Source: Chloroflexi bacterium bin20
GTDB lineage: Bacteria > Chloroflexota > Anaerolineae > Aggregatilineales > Phototrophicaceae
Assembly: GCA_002238485.1 (NCBI GenBank)
Contig: MPMG01000002.1
Coordinates: 52,689 to 116,688, forward strand
Direction of reading: 5' to 3'
DNA length: 64,000 bases
Part shown: positions 55,150 to 64,000 of the stretch, in pieces
How positions within the stretch are numbered: position 1 is the stretch's first letter
Layout: each line of letters begins with the position of its first letter
Made by a program: the position numbers and the translations under genes
The notes under the pieces: generated by a model
The model's database searches: none
Seen by the model: the letters and a program-made list of their open reading frames with translations, nothing else
What the model was told of the DNA's origin: nothing

Positions 55150-56897
55150 TGACAACGTTGTCAGCAGACCTGCGGGGAACTTGGCGCGCAAATCTGGCTG
55201 CGTTGTGGCGGCGAGATCGCGCCCCACTGTTGGCGCTCGTACTTGTTTTCCTGATCATGACCTACCCCTTCGTCCAGACGATGCATCACACGCTGCCCGG
55301 CGACGAAGTCGATACGCATACAGCGCTTTGGCAGAACTGGTGGATGCGCGAGGCATTGCTGCAGGGGCTGGACATCAACCACAGCCAGCTGCTATTTCAT
55401 CCGACTGGCCTTGATGTGTCGCTGCAGCCGCGGCGTTGGACGACCTTTCCACTGTGGATGCTGCTTTTCAGCCTGGTTGGCGACCCGCTGGCTTTCAATC
55501 TGGTGGCTTCTCTGGGCATCATCTTCAAAGCCTATGGCATGTACCATATCGGCTTGCTGCTCTTCAAGCAGCGGCTGCCGGCTTTTGTGGCGGGCGCTTA
55601 TTTTGCTTTCAACTCGTACAGCCTGCGCGTGGCGCTAGAGAAGCCCAACACCGGCGCGACTGAGTGGATCCCCTGGTTCATGCTCTTTTTCATGCTGGCC
55701 TTGTTTCGTCTGCGGGCGGGAGATGGCTGGCGGGCTATAATCCCAATCACGCTCTGCGCGGGCATCTGCTTTTCGCTGAACCTGTATATGAATCTGAAGA
55801 TAGGCATACTGGCTATGCTGCTGGGCGGCAGTTTTGCCCTGCTGTATCTGGCGGCGAGCAGCTTGTGGACTTCGCGGGATTGTTGGTTGACCTTGCTGTT
55901 GTTCAGTTTCACGGCGCTGGTGATTTGCGCGCCTCTGCTGCTACACACGCTGAGCGACGACGACTTTGCGGCGGCGGCGGGGCGGCCCGTCCTCACGATC
56001 GATCCCCTGAATGTGGACCTGTTTTGGCAATGGTGGCCCGCCGGACTGGTGAGCCTGGGGCTGGCGCTGCTGGGCATGGTGTATATCGTCCGCTGGCAGC
56101 GCGGGGCGTGGATATGGCTGGCGCTGGCGCTGGTCTTCAACCTGCTGAGCATGGGGCTTACCATTCATTTTCGCAGCGAACCCCTGCCGATTTATTGGAC
56201 GCCTTATCGCATCGTGGAAGACAATTTCTTCTTCCGCACATTGAATTATCCGGCGCGCGTATACGCGATCTTTGTATTTGCTTATGTGTTGATAATCGGC
56301 TTTGGTTTCTGCCTGTTGCAGAGCTGGCTGAGCGACCGGCGCTGGGGGCTGGTCCTGCTGTTCTTGCTGGCGGGGCTGCTGCTATATGATTCGCGCATCT
56401 TCCCCTTGACTCAGCGCGCCGAGATGCAGTCGGATTATGTGGCTGTGCTGGACGAGCTGGAGCCCGGCGCTTTGATTGATGTGCCCTTCGGCAGACAGAC
56501 CGCCAAGTACTACATGTCTTTGCAGCGCCACCACCTGCGCCCAATCGTCGAAGGCATGACCGCGCGCATGCCCACTGACGCTTACAATTATATTGATGCC
56601 AATCCTGTTTTGATACCGCTTCGCTATTCGCGTCATTTGACAGAAGGCGGCCCGCCCGAGATTGAGCTGACCGCAGCCCAGTGGCAAGCTGGCATAGACG
56701 CCCTGGTCGCCGATGGATTCCGCTATCTGATATTGCACCACTACTTGCCCTCGCGCCTGCTTTTGATCCCCCGTGAACGACCTGCCGACTGGGTGATGAC
56801 GCTGCTGGCCGACCAGCCGACCGTCTATGAAGATGACGAAGTCGCTATCTATGACCTGCTGGAGTTGGATGTGGGAGCGCTGGCTGCGGCGAGCTAA
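55149..56897 (+). CDS. polytopic membrane protein, possible GT-C-fold glycosyltransferase
   Basis: ATG 55149 overlaps the upstream TGA (TGATG). More than 10 hydrophobic helices, an early loop with GDEVD, and a soluble C-terminal domain of about 190 aa. Family not recognised with certainty. Confidence 0.5.
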   Translation: MTTLSADLRGTWRANLAALWRRDRAPLLALVLVFLIMTYPFVQTMHHTLPGDEVDTHTALWQNWWMREALLQGLDINHSQLLFHPTGLDVSLQPRRWTTFPLWMLLFSLVGDPLAFNLVASLGIIFKAYGMYHIGLLLFKQRLPAFVAGAYFAFNSYSLRVALEKPNTGATEWIPWFMLFFMLALFRLRAGDGWRAIIPITLCAGICFSLNLYMNLKIGILAMLLGGSFALLYLAASSLWTSRDCWLTLLLFSFTALVICAPLLLHTLSDDDFAAAAGRPVLTIDPLNVDLFWQWWPAGLVSLGLALLGMVYIVRWQRGAWIWLALALVFNLLSMGLTIHFRSEPLPIYWTPYRIVEDNFFFRTLNYPARVYAIFVFAYVLIIGFGFCLLQSWLSDRRWGLVLLFLLAGLLLYDSRIFPLTQRAEMQSDYVAVLDELEPGALIDVPFGRQTAKYYMSLQRHHLRPIVEGMTARMPTDAYNYIDANPVLIPLRYSRHLTEGGPPEIELTAAQWQAGIDALVADGFRYLILHHYLPSRLLLIPRERPADWVMTLLADQPTVYEDDEVAIYDLLELDVGALAAAS

Positions 56898-56992
56898 TCT
56901 GCGAAGCCAGCCTTTGCCAAGCCAACCGGCGCGGTAGTGTAAGAATCCCGCGCGCCACCTTGTCCAAACAGCGCAACCTAGGAGGAAACAGC

Positions 56993-57853
56993 ATGTCAAT
57001 TCCCAAGAAAATTTTCGGGCGCACGGGACATCTCAGCACACGCACCTTGTTCGGCGCGGCGGCATTTGGCGATGTCACGCAAGACGAAGCCGACCGTACC
57101 ATGCAATTGCTGCTCGATTACGGCGTCAATCACATCGATACCGCCGCCAGTTATGGCGAGTCCGAGCTGCGGCTGGGACCCTGGATGGAGCGTTATCGCG
57201 ACCAGTTCTTCTTGGCGACCAAGACAGCCGAACGCACCTATGACGGCGCAAAAGCCGAACTTGAGAAGTCGCTGCGGCGTCTGCGCGTGGACGAAGTCGA
57301 CCTCATCCAGCTTCATTACCTGGTGGGCAATGAGGAATGGGAAGTGGCGATGGGCGCTGGCGGCGCGCTGGAATACCTGATCGAAGCGCGCGAACAAGGC
57401 TTGGTCAAATACATCGGCGTTACCGGACACGATGTCGCCATTGCTCGCATGCACCAGCGCAGCCTGCAACGTTTCGACTTCGATTCAGTGCTGCTACCCT
57501 ACAATTACCTGATGATGCAGAACCCCGTCTATCGCTCGGGCTTCAACGAAGTCCTGGAGATCTGCCAGGCGCGCAAGGTGGCTGTGCAGACCATCAAAGG
57601 CATCACGAGACGTCCCTATCTGACCGACAAGCGAAGTCACGCCACCTGGTACGAGCCGCTCACCGACCAGCCAAGCATCGACAAAGCTGTGCACTGGGTG
57701 CTGGGCAACGAGCAGGTCTACCTGAATACGGCGGGCGACATTGGCATTTTGCCCAAAGTGCTGAGTGCGGCGGCTCGCTTCGCCGGGCGCACGCCAGAAG
57801 CGGACATGCAGGCGATGGCTGCCGAATGGGAGATGGCGCCGCTGTTTGTATAG
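56993..57853 (+). CDS. aldo/keto reductase
   Basis: [39 protein letters not shown] before ATG 56993. Confidence 0.85.
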   Translation: MSIPKKIFGRTGHLSTRTLFGAAAFGDVTQDEADRTMQLLLDYGVNHIDTAASYGESELRLGPWMERYRDQFFLATKTAERTYDGAKAELEKSLRRLRVDEVDLIQLHYLVGNEEWEVAMGAGGALEYLIEAREQGLVKYIGVTGHDVAIARMHQRSLQRFDFDSVLLPYNYLMMQNPVYRSGFNEVLEICQARKVAVQTIKGITRRPYLTDKRSHATWYEPLTDQPSIDKAVHWVLGNEQVYLNTAGDIGILPKVLSAAARFAGRTPEADMQAMAAEWEMAPLFV

Positions 57854-57857
57854 CGGC

Positions 57858-58595
57858 TCAGGCACCCCGCAGCGCCGATAGGATCGCCCGTATCCGCTCT
57901 GCCGAAGCCTCCCAGCGCGCATAATCATCGCTATTGCCCAGCGACAAGCGCGGATTGCGATAAATCATGCGGCTGTCTGCTTGCCTGCGCGCAGAGAAGT
58001 GGAATTCGCGCGCGCCAGTTGTGCGAGCGATAGGACGGATGTTGCCCGCGTTGATGCCGCCGCCCGGCATGATCGTCAATCGTCCCGCCGCCTGCTGCAC
58101 CAGCTGCGCGATCAAAGGAGCGCCCGCTGCTGCGCTCTGTGCTTGCCCAGATGTCAGCAAGCGCGATATGCCCAGCCCAGCCAGCCTTTCCAGCGTGGCA
58201 AATGGGTCGCGGCACATGTCAAAAGCGCGATGAAACACCGCCGGCAGTGGCAGCGCCTGTTCAATCAGCTGCCCCATACGCTGGCAATCGACCGATCCAT
58301 CCGCCGTCAGGCAGCCGATGACCACGGCGGATGCGCCGGCCCGGCGGGCAAAGTCGATGTCGCGCCGCATCACGGCAATTTCGGCATCGCTATACAGAAA
58401 GTCGCCGCGCCGCGGACGTATCAACGCCGCCACGGGGATATCCAGCCGCTGGCAAGCCAGTTCCAGCAAGCCGGGCGATGGCGTCAATCCGCCGCTGGGC
58501 AAGTCGGCGCACAATTCAATGCGCTGGGCGCCGCAGGCTCGGGCGATCAGCGCGGAATCCAGCGAATCGACTGCGACTTCAAATGTGTAGGTCAC
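57858..58595 (-). CDS. cutC: CutC-family protein
   Basis: TFEVAVDSLDSALIARACGAQRIELCADLPSGGLTPSPGLL and HRAFD fit the CutC TIM-barrel family. GTG start. Confidence 0.8.
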   Translation of the reverse strand: MTYTFEVAVDSLDSALIARACGAQRIELCADLPSGGLTPSPGLLELACQRLDIPVAALIRPRRGDFLYSDAEIAVMRRDIDFARRAGASAVVIGCLTADGSVDCQRMGQLIEQALPLPAVFHRAFDMCRDPFATLERLAGLGISRLLTSGQAQSAAAGAPLIAQLVQQAAGRLTIMPGGGINAGNIRPIARTTGAREFHFSARRQADSRMIYRNPRLSLGNSDDYARWEASAERIRAILSALRGA

Positions 58596-58604
58596 AGCTG
58601 GCGC

Positions 58605-58776
58605 AACCCCCTCGGTCGCTCATTCAGGGTACTGTAGGGGCGAGCCATTGGGTCGCCCGCCGCAGTCGATACATGAACGATGGGCGACACAAGTATCGCC
58701 CCTACATCACCCTCTGTATTCTCTGTTGTTATCATTTGCATGACTTACTTTGCTCTACTTCTGCGCCTCTGTGGCT
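58605..58776. repeat. composite intergenic repeat: partial module Y + best-preserved MITE-like module X (58632-58705, perfect 11-bp TIRs) + module Z
   Basis: aaccccctcggtc ... TGTAGGGGCGAgccattgggtcgcccgccgcagtcgatacatgaacgatgggcgacacaagtaTCGCCCCTACA ... ccctctgtattctctgttgttatcatttgcatgac ... ctgcgcctctgtggctc. Confidence 0.85.
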
Positions 58777-58786
58777 CAGCCTTTTG

Positions 58787-59719
58787 CTAGGGATAGGGTA
58801 TCAACTCCACTGTCGGCAGAAAGCGCTGCATGTCGGCAACATCATAGGCAGCGGTGCCCGGCTGCAAACAGACTGCGGTGGCAGCGGCAATGCCCAGCCG
58901 CAAGCCGTCTTCTATGGGCAGGTTTTGATGCAGCGCCTGCGCCAATCCCGCCAGCACGGCATCTCCCGCGCCAGCTGGACTGCTGACTTGGACAGGAATG
59001 GGCGGGATATGATAGCTGCGCCCGTCCAGCACCGCCAGCGCGCCATCCTTGCCCATCGTGACCACCACCTGCGATCCAGACTGCGCCTGCACATCGCGCG
59101 CAGCCTGATAAATCTCATCGAGCGTGCGCAGCTTGCAGCCTGCCAGCGCGGACAATTCGTGTTCGTTGGGTTTGACAAATGCCGGACGCGCCTGCAAGCC
59201 AGCCTGCAGATTGGGTGGCGCGGCATCGTAGATCACTGGCAGACCGCGCTCGCCCGCCAGCCTGATGGCATCGGCATAGAAGTCGGGTGTCATGCCAGGC
59301 GGCAGCGAACCGCCCGTGATGACGACGCTTGCCTGCGAGAGCGCTTGTTCATAGCGCGTCAGCAATGCCAGCACATCATCGGGGCGCACATACATAGACG
59401 CGCTGGTGATGGTGGTGTGCTCGCCAGCCGCTTCGTCGACGATGACGGTATTGATGCGCGTCTCGCCGGCGACCTCACAAAAGTCGACTGTGACGCCCAG
59501 TTCGCGCAGCATGCCGGCGACTTTTTCTCCCACTGCGCCAGCCGCCAGCCCCAGCGCCAGACTGTCTATGCCGCGCCGTCCCAATATCCAGCTGGCATCG
59601 GTGGGTTTGCCACCCAGGCTGTGCACGGTGCGCGTGGCGCGGATGGTCGTATTGGTCGTCAAGCGCGGGACGAAGACGGTGAGATCGAGCGTGGTGTTGG
59701 GCGTCAGCGAGACGATCAT
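58787..59719 (-). CDS. PfkB-family ketohexose-phosphate/ketose kinase (FruK/LacC subgroup)
   Basis: MIVSLTPNTTLDLT N-terminus typical of 1-phosphofructokinase/tagatose-6-P kinase. C-terminal SSPAGAGDAVLAG. 310 aa. Confidence 0.8.
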   Translation of the reverse strand: MIVSLTPNTTLDLTVFVPRLTTNTTIRATRTVHSLGGKPTDASWILGRRGIDSLALGLAAGAVGEKVAGMLRELGVTVDFCEVAGETRINTVIVDEAAGEHTTITSASMYVRPDDVLALLTRYEQALSQASVVITGGSLPPGMTPDFYADAIRLAGERGLPVIYDAAPPNLQAGLQARPAFVKPNEHELSALAGCKLRTLDEIYQAARDVQAQSGSQVVVTMGKDGALAVLDGRSYHIPPIPVQVSSPAGAGDAVLAGLAQALHQNLPIEDGLRLGIAAATAVCLQPGTAAYDVADMQRFLPTVELIPYP

Positions 59720-59722
59720 GGC

Positions 59723-60397
59723 TCAATCGCGGAAATCGGCGATAGCGCTTTCCATGGCGGCGCTTTCGTCTTCCAGCAGCGGACTCGCGCCGATCTGCCC
59801 AGCCATCAGCATGACGAAGGCGTTGGTATCCAGCCGTTCCACCGCATCCATGGCGGCTTCCAGGTGCTTTCCCATCAAGAAGAGGCCGTGCCAGGGGGCG
59901 ATGGCGCCGGCGGCGTGTTTGGCGATCATGGCTTCGCGTCCGCGCATGGTAGCGACGATGCGTTCGCCCAGTTTGGGGCTGTGGGCGGGCGCGTATTCGA
60001 TGACGGGCGTCGTGCCAAACTTGCGCGTGGCTTCCATCACCGGCGGCATGGGGCGGTTGGCGCAGGCAAAGACCATCAGGTGGCGCGGGTGGGCGTGAAT
60101 GACGGCGCTGCCCACAGCGCGGTAATGCTGGTGCAAACCCAGGTGGACGGCGCTTTCCCGCGTTAAGCCGCCTGCGCCATGCACAATCTCGCCCCGGCAA
60201 TCGACCACCAGCACATCGTCTGGCCGCAGCTGCCACTGGTGCATCTGCCCGGCCAGGGTGGGCGACATGCAGAAGAGCTCGCCAACGCGCAAGCTGATGT
60301 TGCCGCCGCCGGCATCGGTCAGATGACGATCGAAAAGGATGCGCCCGATGCGCGCAACCAACTCGCGCCCGGCTTCCAGTTCGGGGGTCAAGGGCAT
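59723..60397 (-). CDS. class II aldolase/adducin-family protein (fuculose-1-phosphate aldolase-like)
   Basis: AGGGNISLRV, VIHAHPRH. Start set to ATG 60397 (AGGAGA 7 nt upstream; MPLTPELEAGRELV) rather than GTG 60442. Confidence 0.8.
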   Translation of the reverse strand: MPLTPELEAGRELVARIGRILFDRHLTDAGGGNISLRVGELFCMSPTLAGQMHQWQLRPDDVLVVDCRGEIVHGAGGLTRESAVHLGLHQHYRAVGSAVIHAHPRHLMVFACANRPMPPVMEATRKFGTTPVIEYAPAHSPKLGERIVATMRGREAMIAKHAAGAIAPWHGLFLMGKHLEAAMDAVERLDTNAFVMLMAGQIGASPLLEDESAAMESAIADFRD

Positions 60398-60549
60398 TTG
60401 CACTTCTCCTGGCGACGCGTCATAATGAGTGTAGTGTGGCACAGGCTGTGGCGCGATTCAACGGCAAAGCGAGGCGTCTAGCGCTTGCCGATAGCCCAGC
60501 CAGCCGCAATTTTCTTTTCTGCTGCCTGCCGAACAAACGAGGACGGACC

Positions 60550-61704
60550 ATGGCATTTGAATTTGCCACTGCAACGCGCATCATCTTCGGCGATGGCACA
60601 GCCGACCAACTGCCCGAGCTGGCAGGCGCACTGGGCGGGCATGCCCTGCTGGTTACTGGCGCAAAGCCCGCCCGGCACAGCCAGCACATCGACGCGCTTT
60701 CCAGGGTTGATCTGCCTTGCACGGTCGTCAGTGCGGCGGACGAACCCAGCATAGCTGCCATCGAGGCGGCTCGCGCAGAAGCACGCGAAGCACGCTGCGA
60801 CCTGGTGATCGCCATCGGTGGCGGCAGCGTCATCGACAGCGGCAAGGCTTTGGCTGCCCTCATCCCCAATCCTGGCGAAGCGCTGGATTACCTTGAAGTC
60901 ATCGGCGCGGGCGAGAAATTGACCGTGTCGCCGCTGCCTTTCATCGCCCTGCCGACCACAGCGGGTACGGGCGCAGAGGTCACCAAGAACGCCGTGCTCA
61001 GCTCGCCCGAACATGGACTAAAAGTGAGCTTGCGCGACAACCGTATGCTGCCTGATATCGCCCTGGTCGACCCGCTCTTGACACATTCGCTGCCACCAGT
61101 CGCGACCGCCAGCACGGGCATGGACGCGCTGACACAGCTGTTGGAGCCTTTCGTTTCGCATTTGGCGAATCCGCTGACCGATGCGTTATGCGAGGCCGGC
61201 TTGCGGCGGGCGGGACGGTCGCTGCGGCGCGCGGTTGCCGAGCCGAATGATGCCGATGCGCGCGCCGATATGGCTTTGGCGAGTTTGCTGGGCGGTTTGG
61301 CGCTGGCCAATGCCAAATTGGGCGCGGTGCATGGCTTCGCTGGGGTGCTGGGCGGTTTGACGGGCGCGCCACACGGGACGGTCTGCGCTGCGCTGCTGCC
61401 GGGCGTCATGCAAGCCAATATGACAGCGCTGGCTGAACGCGCTGGCGATTCGCCCGCCCTGCCAAAGTATCGGCGTGCCGCGCGGCTGCTGCTGGGCTCG
61501 TCCGATGCGACTGCCCACGACGCGCTGGCCTGGATCAACGAAACCAGCGGCCTGTTTGATATCCCGCGCCTCGGCGAGCTGGGCCTTCACAAGACAGACT
61601 TTGCTGAAATCGTGGCGAAATCGCAAGCCTCCAGCAGCATGAAAGGCAACCCCATCGCCTTGGATGCGCAGGAGCTGGAAGCGATTCTCTCGCTGGCGCT
61701 ATGA
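60550..61704 (+). CDS. iron-containing (group III) alcohol dehydrogenase
   Basis: RIIFGDG, AIGGGSVIDSGKA, LPTTAGTGAEVT, GMDALTQLLE, GAVHGFAG...PHGTVCAALLP. GAGGA RBS before ATG 60550. Confidence 0.85.
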   Translation: MAFEFATATRIIFGDGTADQLPELAGALGGHALLVTGAKPARHSQHIDALSRVDLPCTVVSAADEPSIAAIEAARAEAREARCDLVIAIGGGSVIDSGKALAALIPNPGEALDYLEVIGAGEKLTVSPLPFIALPTTAGTGAEVTKNAVLSSPEHGLKVSLRDNRMLPDIALVDPLLTHSLPPVATASTGMDALTQLLEPFVSHLANPLTDALCEAGLRRAGRSLRRAVAEPNDADARADMALASLLGGLALANAKLGAVHGFAGVLGGLTGAPHGTVCAALLPGVMQANMTALAERAGDSPALPKYRRAARLLLGSSDATAHDALAWINETSGLFDIPRLGELGLHKTDFAEIVAKSQASSSMKGNPIALDAQELEAILSLAL

Positions 61705-61720
61705 TGGCAGAGCCAGGTCT

Positions 61721-62680
61721 ATGAAAGCGCATTGGCTGCTGAGGCCTTTGCTCTACCTGGCCTTGCCGCTGCTGCTCTGTGCGGCCATGCCACTGTGGCA
61801 AATGCCGCTGGCGCATGATGATGCTGACAGGCTGATATTCTTCTCGGACAGCGACACCATTGACGCCGGGCGCGGTTCCAACTCGGTTTATGGCATTGGG
61901 CTGGACGGACGCGGGCAAAAGCGCATCGCCGGCTCCATCAAACACGGCGCGGATTACCTGCGCATCAGCGATGTCGATTGCCAGTCCGCCAGCAGACTGA
62001 TAGCCATCGCCACCAATGACAGCACCCTGAATGGCTTTCACCTGGTGGAAGTCGCTGGCACGGGTCTGCGACATTTCACGCCGCTTGGCGAGCCTCTCAT
62101 GGCAATTCGCCAGTTGTCTCTGTCGCCGGATGGCTCGCGCATTGTCGTTTCGCGCGTCTGGGACGACTCGCCCGCTGCACGATACGGCTTGCTGATCGGC
62201 GATCTGCGCAGTGCCGAATTTGTCGTATTTATGCCGCCTGGCGATTCGCGTTCAATATCCGCCCCGGCCTGGTCGCCAGATGGGCAGCGCATCGCCTATG
62301 TCGTGGAAGAAGCGGGCAAGCATCGCATCGCCATGGCAACGCCCGATGAAAACGACAAAAGCAGCGAGAAAGTCATTCACACCACGACGCGGCGTATCGG
62401 CAGGCTGGCTTGGTCGCCGGATAGCCTGTGGCTGGCAGCGGAAATGAACGGGCAGATCATCAAAATGCGCCGCGATGGCAGCAAGTTCACTCGGCTGAGC
62501 AGTGGCCTGGGCGGGGCTTGGTCGCCGCAGTGGTCTCGGGATGGCGGACGCATCGCTTTTGCCTCGCGCTCGAGCTTTCCTGGAACTGTGCAGTTGCTGA
62601 CCATGTCGGCAAAGGGCGATGATGCGCAGCGCGTGACGGCTCTGCGTGGCGAACTGGCCTTGGGCTGCTGGCTGGGATAA
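61721..62680 (+). CDS. secreted PD40/TolB-like beta-propeller repeat protein
   Basis: Signal-like N-terminus MKAHWLLRPLLYLALPLLLCAA. Repeats LSPDGSRIV, WSPDGQRIAYV, WSPDSLWLAA, WSRDGGRIAFAS. Confidence 0.7.
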   Translation: MKAHWLLRPLLYLALPLLLCAAMPLWQMPLAHDDADRLIFFSDSDTIDAGRGSNSVYGIGLDGRGQKRIAGSIKHGADYLRISDVDCQSASRLIAIATNDSTLNGFHLVEVAGTGLRHFTPLGEPLMAIRQLSLSPDGSRIVVSRVWDDSPAARYGLLIGDLRSAEFVVFMPPGDSRSISAPAWSPDGQRIAYVVEEAGKHRIAMATPDENDKSSEKVIHTTTRRIGRLAWSPDSLWLAAEMNGQIIKMRRDGSKFTRLSSGLGGAWSPQWSRDGGRIAFASRSSFPGTVQLLTMSAKGDDAQRVTALRGELALGCWLG

Positions 62681-62700
62681 CAATAATCTATCCCCTCGCC

Positions 62701-63936
62701 TTATTTTCTACGCCGACTCCACAACCACAGCGCTAGTGTGCCTGCGATCAGCATGCCGCTCAAAGCCAGCAGCGCGCCACTGTAGCCCAACGCGCCGATG
62801 GCAAAGCCGCCCAGCACCGGACCAGCCACTTTGCCGACATTTTGCAGCGCGCCCAACAGACCCATGCCTGCGCCCAGGTTGTCGGCGCTGATGTCGTCGG
62901 CTATCAGGGCTTTCGCGGCCGGGAAAACAAGCGCCTGCGCCAGGCCCAGCAGACCTGCCGGCAGCAGAAACAGGGCGCCGCTATCCAGCGACCGCGCCAG
63001 GGGCAGCGACAGCGCCAGCAACAGCATGCCCAGACTGATGGCGCGCAGATAACCCAGCTTGTCCGCCAGCCGCCCGCAGACCGGCTTGCCCAGCACATGC
63101 ACAGCTTCGCTCAGGCTGAAGAAGAGCCCGACCAGCGCTACGCTCACGCCGGCTTCCAGCGCGAAAATGGGCAAGAATGCTTTTAACGTATACAGCGCCA
63201 CAAAAGCCGCCGCTTCCAGCCCGCCCGTCACCCAGACAGCTGGCAATCGAGCCGCTTCTGTCAGCGCCGCGCGCAGGTTAAGAGCGGGCATCGTCCAGGC
63301 GCCGCCAAGCCCCTTCTTGCTGGGTGGGCCTTCGGCTTTTTTCGCTTGTGCGCAGGAGGTCTCGCCTGGCAAAACAGAGACTTTGCGAGTCGGGGGCAGC
63401 CACAGCAGCGGCAGAAACATGGCGCAGCTTAGCAGGCCGATGACCGTGAAGACATCGACCGCAGCCAGCGACAGCAGCAGCCAGCCGCCCAGCAGCGGAC
63501 CGACGATGTATCCGCCACTGCGCGCCATTTCGAAAGTGCCGATGCCCGCCGCCAACGACCCGCCCCGCGCCAGCTCGGCGATATAGGCCAGGGTCACCGG
63601 ACCATAAATCGCCGTGGCGGTGCCATGCAGCAGGCGCAGCAGCAGCAGTTGGTCGGGCGTGCTGATGAAGCGATACAAGAAAGGCACAAAAACGAAGAAG
63701 CCCGCCCCCACAAAGAGCCACATTCGCCGGCCCCAGCTATCGGACAAAATGCCAAAAAGCGGCTTCAGGAAGAGCCCAGTGATGGTCGATATGGAAACGA
63801 TCATGCCCAGCCAGGCGCCCGATGCCCCCAGCGAGGCTGCGAAAATAGGCAGCAGCGGCGTTTTGCCCATCTGGTAGGCAGAGCGGGCGATGAAATCGGC
63901 CAGCATCAGGCTGAGGAAGGGGCGACTGCGCGTCAT
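62701..63936 (-). CDS. MFS transporter
   Basis: About 12 TM segments, loop motif GILSDSWGRR between TM2 and TM3, 411 aa. Confidence 0.8.
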   Translation of the reverse strand: MTRSRPFLSLMLADFIARSAYQMGKTPLLPIFAASLGASGAWLGMIVSISTITGLFLKPLFGILSDSWGRRMWLFVGAGFFVFVPFLYRFISTPDQLLLLRLLHGTATAIYGPVTLAYIAELARGGSLAAGIGTFEMARSGGYIVGPLLGGWLLLSLAAVDVFTVIGLLSCAMFLPLLWLPPTRKVSVLPGETSCAQAKKAEGPPSKKGLGGAWTMPALNLRAALTEAARLPAVWVTGGLEAAAFVALYTLKAFLPIFALEAGVSVALVGLFFSLSEAVHVLGKPVCGRLADKLGYLRAISLGMLLLALSLPLARSLDSGALFLLPAGLLGLAQALVFPAAKALIADDISADNLGAGMGLLGALQNVGKVAGPVLGGFAIGALGYSGALLALSGMLIAGTLALWLWSRRRK

Positions 63937-64000
63937 GCCGCCGCATTATAGTGGCGCGCGCCGCTGCTGGCAGGGGCGAGAGCAGCCAGGAATGCCTGCA

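Noticed and set aside
218-60166. Many long ORFs antisense to, or out of frame with, the called genes. Examples: 218..1435-, 1795..3294-, 3272..4819-, 8317..9963-, 12146..13111-, 13090..14163-, 19920..21317-, 21477..22817-, 30077..31792+, 32869..34155+, 35239..36882+, 40453..42153+, 44078..45580+, 58331..60166+.
   Set aside because: They are typical shadow ORFs of high-GC DNA. Their translations are Arg/Ala/Gly/Pro-rich and low in complexity, with no recognisable motifs. Each one fully overlaps a gene that has clear family signatures and RBS/start context on the other strand or in another frame.
1-64000. Scan for rRNA, tRNA, tmRNA, CRISPR arrays and group II intron or retron-like structures in every spacer longer than 60 bp.
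   Set aside because: I recognised nothing with tRNA cloverleaf-type conserved boxes, rRNA signatures or spacer-repeat periodicity. This is a by-eye negative. tRNAscan-SE, Infernal or CRISPR-finder runs would be definitive.

Overview
High-GC (about 60% on hand-counted sample lines) bacterial chromosomal segment, tightly packed with about 50 genes. All calls come from reading translations and remembered family motifs; no searches were run. I did not recognise any rRNA, tRNA, CRISPR array, transposase or integrase. The taxon cannot be fixed from the sequence; the gene and repeat style is reminiscent of Chloroflexota, but that is only an impression.

Gene content, left to right:
- Partial lutA-like gene, then a sugar block: class I xylose isomerase, GH4 alpha-galactosidase, aldehyde dehydrogenase.
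- A low-GC island (4.7-7.1 kb) with an m5C methyltransferase, an unassigned putative restriction nuclease and Vsr.
- LacI regulator plus a Dpp/Opp-type ABC importer and an SMP-30 lactonase.
- A secreted beta-helix/SH3b protein, divergent from a HlyD adaptor plus double-FtsX permease pair.
- Sulfatase, Zn-ADH and a membrane protein.
- A 17-kb peptide-handling block: two Dpp-type importers, CapA-like protein, amidohydrolase, hydantoin-type racemase, GCPII-like M28 peptidase, M20 dipeptidase.
- Acyl-CoA synthetase, GlgX, a BMP-family ABC importer.
- A sugar-phosphate block: two TIM-barrel isomerases, beta-hydroxyacid dehydrogenase, AKR, CutC, PfkB kinase, class II aldolase, Fe-ADH.
- A PD40 propeller protein and an MFS transporter.

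Most notable observations:
1. A G12 homopolymer separates the RBS and ATG from the signal peptide of the beta-helix protein. This is either a phase-variation switch or an assembly indel.
2. A set of intergenic repeat modules recurs at 10 or more sites, often as one ordered composite. It includes a roughly 75-bp MITE-like element with TGTAGGGGCGA terminal inverted repeats and a very stable CCCCCCGA/TCGGGGGG hairpin.
3. The restriction-modification/Vsr island carries a 12-2-12 palindrome over its promoter and RBS, and no controller gene.
4. The peptide block can be read as a gamma-glutamyl or D-amino-acid peptide salvage locus.
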